A DNA stretch of 64,000 bases from Squalus acanthias (Eukaryota): the NCBI GenBank assembly GCA_030390025.1, contig CM059432.1:122514001-122578000 (forward strand), given 5' to 3'. Positions 58,591 to 64,000 of the stretch are shown here, piece by piece (positions within the stretch are counted from its first letter, which is position 1; every line of letters starts with the position of its first letter). The translations under genes were made by a program, and so were the position numbers. The notes beneath the pieces were generated by a model. The model was not told the DNA's origin. It did not search any database and was given only the letters and a program-made list of their open reading frames with translations.

Positions 58591-60264
58591 TGTTCAGTGT
58601 TGATCATCTCAGGAAAACGCATTGACAGAAATAACTGATTTGCTGGTGGATGGTGCTCAGTGTTATGATCAGATGATTGGTGAAAGGAACAATAGCTTCT
58701 CGTTCTGCAATTCAATTGATAAAAGCGATTATACAGAGCTACATTACAGGCACAAGTGTTAATAATGGGTAAACAAGCCAGTAATATTCTGAGCCTGAAC
58801 AACTGCAGTAAAATGAAACATTTTTTTTTCAGTAACTTCCTAGAATCTGAAATTCCTCAGCGTGTAAAAGATTCTAATGGATCTGCTAACAAAGAAGAAA
58901 GAACTTACATTTACACAGCGCCTGATCGTATCTTCAGGATGTGCCAAGATGCCTTGCGGGCAGGAAACCTGGAACTATGGGTTTCCCGCAGGTCCTGCCA
59001 AATTTAACGGCAGGACCTGTTTTAAATTATCTCAACAGGTTTCCTGCCAGACAGATTCACAGGCTGTCTGTTAGGCTGTAAAACAGCTGGGAAGCGGGTA
59101 GCAGGTAAGTCTGACATCACGGGGGTGGGAGGCGGGATTCAGAAATTGAGGGGGAAAAATAAGCGAACACGGGGGGGTGGGGGTGGTGGTCAGGGTCAGC
59201 CAATCATGGGGTGTTTAAACAGTAAGCTTGGTGGGCCGGAGGAGAAACACTCCTGCTCCTCCTGGCCCACAAGCTGTGCAATAAAGGCACTTACCTCACG
59301 GATCCGGCCCTTCTCGCCTCCTATCATCCGCAGAGGTTAAAAATAAAACATTTCTTAAAATGGTGGCACACAGCCTCCTTAAATATTTTAGTGACCGACC
59401 CAACTCCTGATAGCGGATTGGTCACCTGCAGCCCTCCCTCCACCCCACACCGACGTGCCTCTGTTAAAACCAGAAGTGAGTGGGTTGGAGGTGGGTTTTC
59501 CATTTTTGTAAATTTATAACCCCACTCACCTCCCTCCCCACCAACCCTGGAAGGGAGGGGAGGGGGGTGCCGGTGGTAAAATTACCTCTCAGGTTTCACA
59601 CTTGAGTGACAACGTCTTCAGTGAATGAGACCCTGCTCAGGCACTGCACTTCCAGCATACCCAGGTTGATGATTCTATTGTTATAGACCTGCTGCCCAGG
59701 ATCATTCCTGCTGTGGGTCTTGGCCTCCCATGCCCTCTAAATGCCCGGACAACCAGCTTCAGTTCTCCACTATGATATGCCCAGCAATGCCAGCTATGCC
59801 CATGTTTGCGCTGAAGAACGCCAGTTCTATTCACTGCGGTCACTCCTTGACTGCTATTCTGTGCATTCATAATCCTCATTGATGCCAGATCTGAGCTGCC
59901 ATAAAATATTCACCTTTCGATGAGCCTTTGCAGCTGCAGAAAATGATATTGCTCATTCATAACCTTTAACCAAATGTCAGGATGTCCAGCTGTCCTTTAT
60001 TACAACTTGTCACAAGCATTTAACACCTATTTTTGATGAGCAGGAATAGTCAGAATGTGGACAATTAATTAATCTGATGACATTTACTCCCAACATTTCA
60101 CTGAGCCTTTGTGTCATATGGCTTTCCATTCATGGAAATTTCTGGAAAATCATAATTTTTTTTTTCCTTTCCATAAAAATATTTCCAAAATATCCTCTCT
60201 TTTTTCAGTATGCCGTAAAATATTAATCCTGAAAACAATAAAACTGAGACTGAAATTTTAATAA

Positions 60265-61190
60265 TACTGGTGTTCTTTGAGAGTGTAACAGATGAACTTG
60301 ATAGGAGTAAGGCCATGGATGTGGTTTACTTGGATTTCAGTAAGGCCTTTGATACAGTTCCTCTGGAGAGGCTAGTACTGAAAATAAAGCATGCAAGAAT
60401 TAGTGGAAATATTTTTTAATGGATATGTAATTAGTTGACTGATAGAACCCAGAGGGTTGTGGTATAGAGATTGTCATCATTCTGGGAGAATGTTATCAGT
60501 GGGGTCCAACAGGGGTCTGTTTTGGGATCTCTTTTGTTTAATATCTTTATTACTGATCTGGACCGAGGAGTCACAAGCACAGTTGTGAAATTTGCAGATA
60601 ATACAAGAGTCACAAGCACAGTTGTGAAATTTGCAGATAATACAAAGCTAATGAAGGTGATAGACTCCAAAGCTGAACAGAATAAGCTACAGCAGGATTT
60701 GAATATACTTGGGAGGTGGGCAGACAGGTGGCAGATGAAATTAAATATAGAGGAATGTAAAGTGCTTCACATGGGGACCAAAAATGCAGGGAGGGTCTAT
60801 TACTTAAATGGAAAGAAAATACTGTGCATGGAAAATGAGATCGATCTGGGGTCTCGATTGACAATAAATTGAAGCTAACGCAACAATGCTCAGCAGATGT
60901 GAGTAAAGCAAATCAGACGTTGGGATGTATTAAAACGTCAATATTAAGCCAAAAAATTTAGGTAATCTTGATATTTTATAAATCATTGGTGCGACCACAC
61001 TTAGAATACTGTTTAAAATTCTTGTCGACAGTACGAAAAGGATATTGCAGCTATATCAAAGAGAGCAACCAGAATGATTGAGGGGATGAAACTTGGATTA
61101 TGAGGATCTATTATATAAATTGGGCATGTTCTCAGTGGAAAAGTGAAGGTTGACAGGTGATTTGATTACTGCGTTGAGGATTCTAAAAAA
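60265..61190 (+). mobile_element. Old CR1 RT fragment with a 39-bp tandem duplication (60568-60645)
   Basis: YLDFSKAFD, SGVQQGSVLG, and VTSTVVKFADNT repeated twice. Confidence 0.85.
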
Positions 61191-61192
61191 CG

Positions 61193-61920
61193 AGGGGAAT
61201 TTTAACCCCCAAAAATGGGTGGGATGTAAAACCGTTAATCTGAAACCCAACCCCAATCCACCTCCAACTTGCCCATTTCGGGTTTTAACGGAGGTGGGAC
61301 GGGGGCAACCAACTCACTCGCAGGAGACGGGTTAGTCATTAAAACATGATAATGAGCCTTCGTGCCTTAGATTTAACCAATATTTTAAATTTAACCCTGG
61401 CCAGTCGGGTTTTCCGGGCCTTAGGAAACCCAGCCGCTAAAGGGAGAGGAGGACTGCTGGATGCAGCAGGTAAGTGCCTTTCCACTTAGCCGCTGGAACC
61501 AGTTTACCTGCTTCACCCACTCCCCGTGATCGGACAAACCGCACCCACCCCCCCGCCACCGACGACCTTTCCGATCTTCCCCCGTCCGGAGATCCCTCTG
61601 CTTCAGACCTGATCTGCCCCCAACCCGAGATCCCTCTGCTTCGGACCCTGATCTGCCCCCAACCCAGCCTCCGATCTCCCCTTTGCTCCAGATCCCGATC
61701 TTCACCCAACCCCAGACCGATGATCTCCCCACTGGCCTCCAATCTTCTCCCCACCCCCACCGCCCTCTCTGGCCTTTGGGATCCTTCCCTCCCTCCCTCC
61801 TCTCCCCAGCAGCGGCCTGATACCGAAGGCCTACCTACCCAACAGCCAGCCAGCCTCTCAATCTGGCTGGCTGCAGAAGGGAAACGGAGGGAAAAAATGG
61901 TAATCAAGTCCTGCCTCTAA
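61193..61920. mobile_element. Harbinger-type MITE (partial)
   Basis: Starts AGGGGAATTTTAACCCCC. Interior related to 39107-39743. Confidence 0.5.
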
Positions 61921-61924
61921 TTAT

Positions 61925-63782
61925 GGCCTTTTGAGCATTCCCAATTTTAATCGCTCCACCATTGGCAGCCATGCTGTCTGTTGCCTAGGCCCTAAGCTCT
62001 GGAATTCCCTCCCTAAACCTCTCCGCCTCTTTACCTCTCTTTCCTCCTTTAAGACGCTCATTGAAACCTACCTCTTTGACCAAGTTTTTGGTCATCTGCC
62101 CTAATTTCTCCTTATGTGGCTCGGTGTCAAATTTTGTTTTATAACGCTCCTTTGAAGTGCCTTGGGAGGTTTTACTATGTTAACGGCATTATGTAAGTAC
62201 AAGTTGTTGGTCAGAGCCTGGCTATTCTGCGTTGAGTGGCTCACCTCCTGACTTCCCAGAGTCTTTCTATCATCCACAAGGCACAAGTCAGGAGTGTGAT
62301 GGAATGCGCTCCACTTGCCTGGATAAGTGCAGCTCCAACAACACTGAAGAAGCTCGACACCAAACTAGCCCGCTTGATTGGCACCCCAAAGCCGCGACCA
62401 CCTAGAAGGACATGGGCAGCAGACGCTTAGGATCACCACCACCGCCAAATTCCCCTCCAAGTCACACACCATCCTGACTTGGAATTATATCACCGTTCCT
62501 TCATCGTTGCTGGGTCAAAATCCTGGAATTCCCTACCCAACAGTACTGTGGGACTACCATCACCACACAGACTGCAGCAGTTCAAGGCTGCCGCTCACCA
62601 CCACCTTCTCAAGGGCAATTAGGGATCAGCAATAAATGCAGGCCTTGCCAGCGACACCCATATCCCGTGAATGAATAAAAAAAAGCTAAGGCACGGCCAC
62701 CAATGGTGGAGCGATTAATATAGGGGATGCTCAAGAGGCCACAATTAGAGGAGCGCAGAGATCTCAGAGGGTTGTAGGGCTGGAGGAGGTTAGAAATATA
62801 GGGAGGGGTGAGGCCATGGAGGGATTTGAAAACAATGATGAGAATTTTAAAATCGAGGCATTGCCAGACCGGGAGCCAATGTAGGTCAGCGAGCACAGGG
62901 GTGATGGGTGAACGGGACTTGGTGTGAGTTAAGATATGGGCAGCAGAGTTTTGGATGAGCTCAAGTTTATGTAAGGTGAAATATTGGCGGCCGGCCAGGA
63001 GAGTTTTGAAATAGTCAAGTCTAGAGGTAACAAAGGCATGGACAAGGGTTTCAACAGCAGATGAGCTGAGGCAAAGGCAGAGTCAGGAGATGTGACGGAG
63101 GTGGAAGTAGGCGGTCTTGGCAATGGAGCAGATATGAGGTCAGAAGCTAATCTTGGGGTCAAATACTACACCAAGGTTGCCAACGGTCTGGTTCAGCCTC
63201 AGACATTTGCCAGGGAGAGGGATGGAGTCGGTGGGGAGTTTGTGGCGGAGACAGAAGACATTGGCTTCAATCTTCACAATATTTAGTTGGAGGAAACCTC
63301 TGCTCATCCAGTACTGGATGTTGGACAAGCAGTGTGAAAAATCAGAGACAGTGGAGGGGTCGAGAGAGGTGGTGGTGAGGAGAGGTGGTGGTGAGGTAGA
63401 GCTGGGTGTCGTCAGCGTACATGTGGAACCTGACATTGTGTTTTCGGATGATGTCGCTGAGGGGCAGCATGTATATGAGAAATAGAAGGGGGCCAAGGAT
63501 CGATCTTTGGGGGACCCCAGAGCAATGTTCCCTGTAAATTTTATTTTGTGCGTGGTACCTTTAAACTTGCGCCGTGCTGGCGCGGTATCTTAGTGGGAAC
63601 AGCTTGCGAGCGGCCTGCACGGTACCTTCCCGAATGTTGCATGGCCACGCATGCGCACAGCTTAGAGGGAACATTGCTCCGGAGGTAACACTTCGGGAGC
63701 AGGAAGAGAAGCCATTGCAGGTGATTCTCTGGCTACAGCTGGATAGGTAAGAAAGGAACCAGGTGAGGACAGTCCCACCCAT
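61925..63782. mobile_element. Cluster of L2 fragments (61925-62210 +, 62686-63782 -) around a jockey-like LINE 3' fragment (62210-62685 +)
   Basis: L2 motifs (LADLHWLPV, FLQLNIVK) and HLLTSQSLS..KAQVRSVME matching 28916-29521. Confidence 0.8.
63523..63676. mobile_element. 154-bp hAT-like MITE inserted in L2
   Basis: TIRs CAATGTTCCCTGTAA / TTAGAGGGAACATTG (14 of 15 match) with degenerate 8-bp flanks CCCCAGAG / CTCCGGAG. Confidence 0.75.
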
Positions 63783-64000
63783 GAGGCTACCAGGATGGTG
63801 GAAGGCAAACTGGATGGACCTTGGTCTTTTTTCATCTAGAAATTCTTATGTTCATATGTACCCTAAACTAAGCACCGAGAGAACATAAACGCCATGAAGG
63901 AAATAAACAATGCTGCATTTTAACAGTTTAAATGGTCACGCAATGTTTACACTCCACCTACCTTCAGAGGTGAGCAGGACCAGGGAGGTTTGCTACACTC

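Overview
Eukaryotic, repeat-dense genomic DNA. The SINE/LINE/Penelope repertoire points to a cartilaginous fish (shark), which is an inference. No host protein-coding gene could be supported. The centrepiece is a near-intact ~14.5 kb endogenous retrovirus on the minus strand (40481-54974). It has 1.7 kb TG...CA LTRs that differ by only about eight substitutions by eye, and an 18-nt tRNA-Arg(UCG)-type PBS that overlaps the gag ATG. Gag carries an overlapping PSAP/PPxY late motif and a CCHC knuckle and joins pol in frame across a UAA-CUAG stop. Pol has PR, a YVDD RT, two RNase H domains and IN with a GPY/F module. The env ORF is intact and combines an Ig-like N-terminal domain with a long, Mononegavirales-F-like fusion subunit. 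This architecture fits a lokiretrovirus-like lineage better than classical orthoretroviruses. A young CR1 LINE sits inside its 5' LTR. The rest of the window holds several PIF/Harbinger transposons (one with an intact 3-exon Myb/SANT gene inside a four-level nest), Harbinger and hAT MITEs, CR1, L2 and jockey-like LINE fragments, Penelope fragments with hammerhead motifs, SINEs, solo LTRs and short islands of unique sequence. All family calls come from motif recognition by eye, not database searches.
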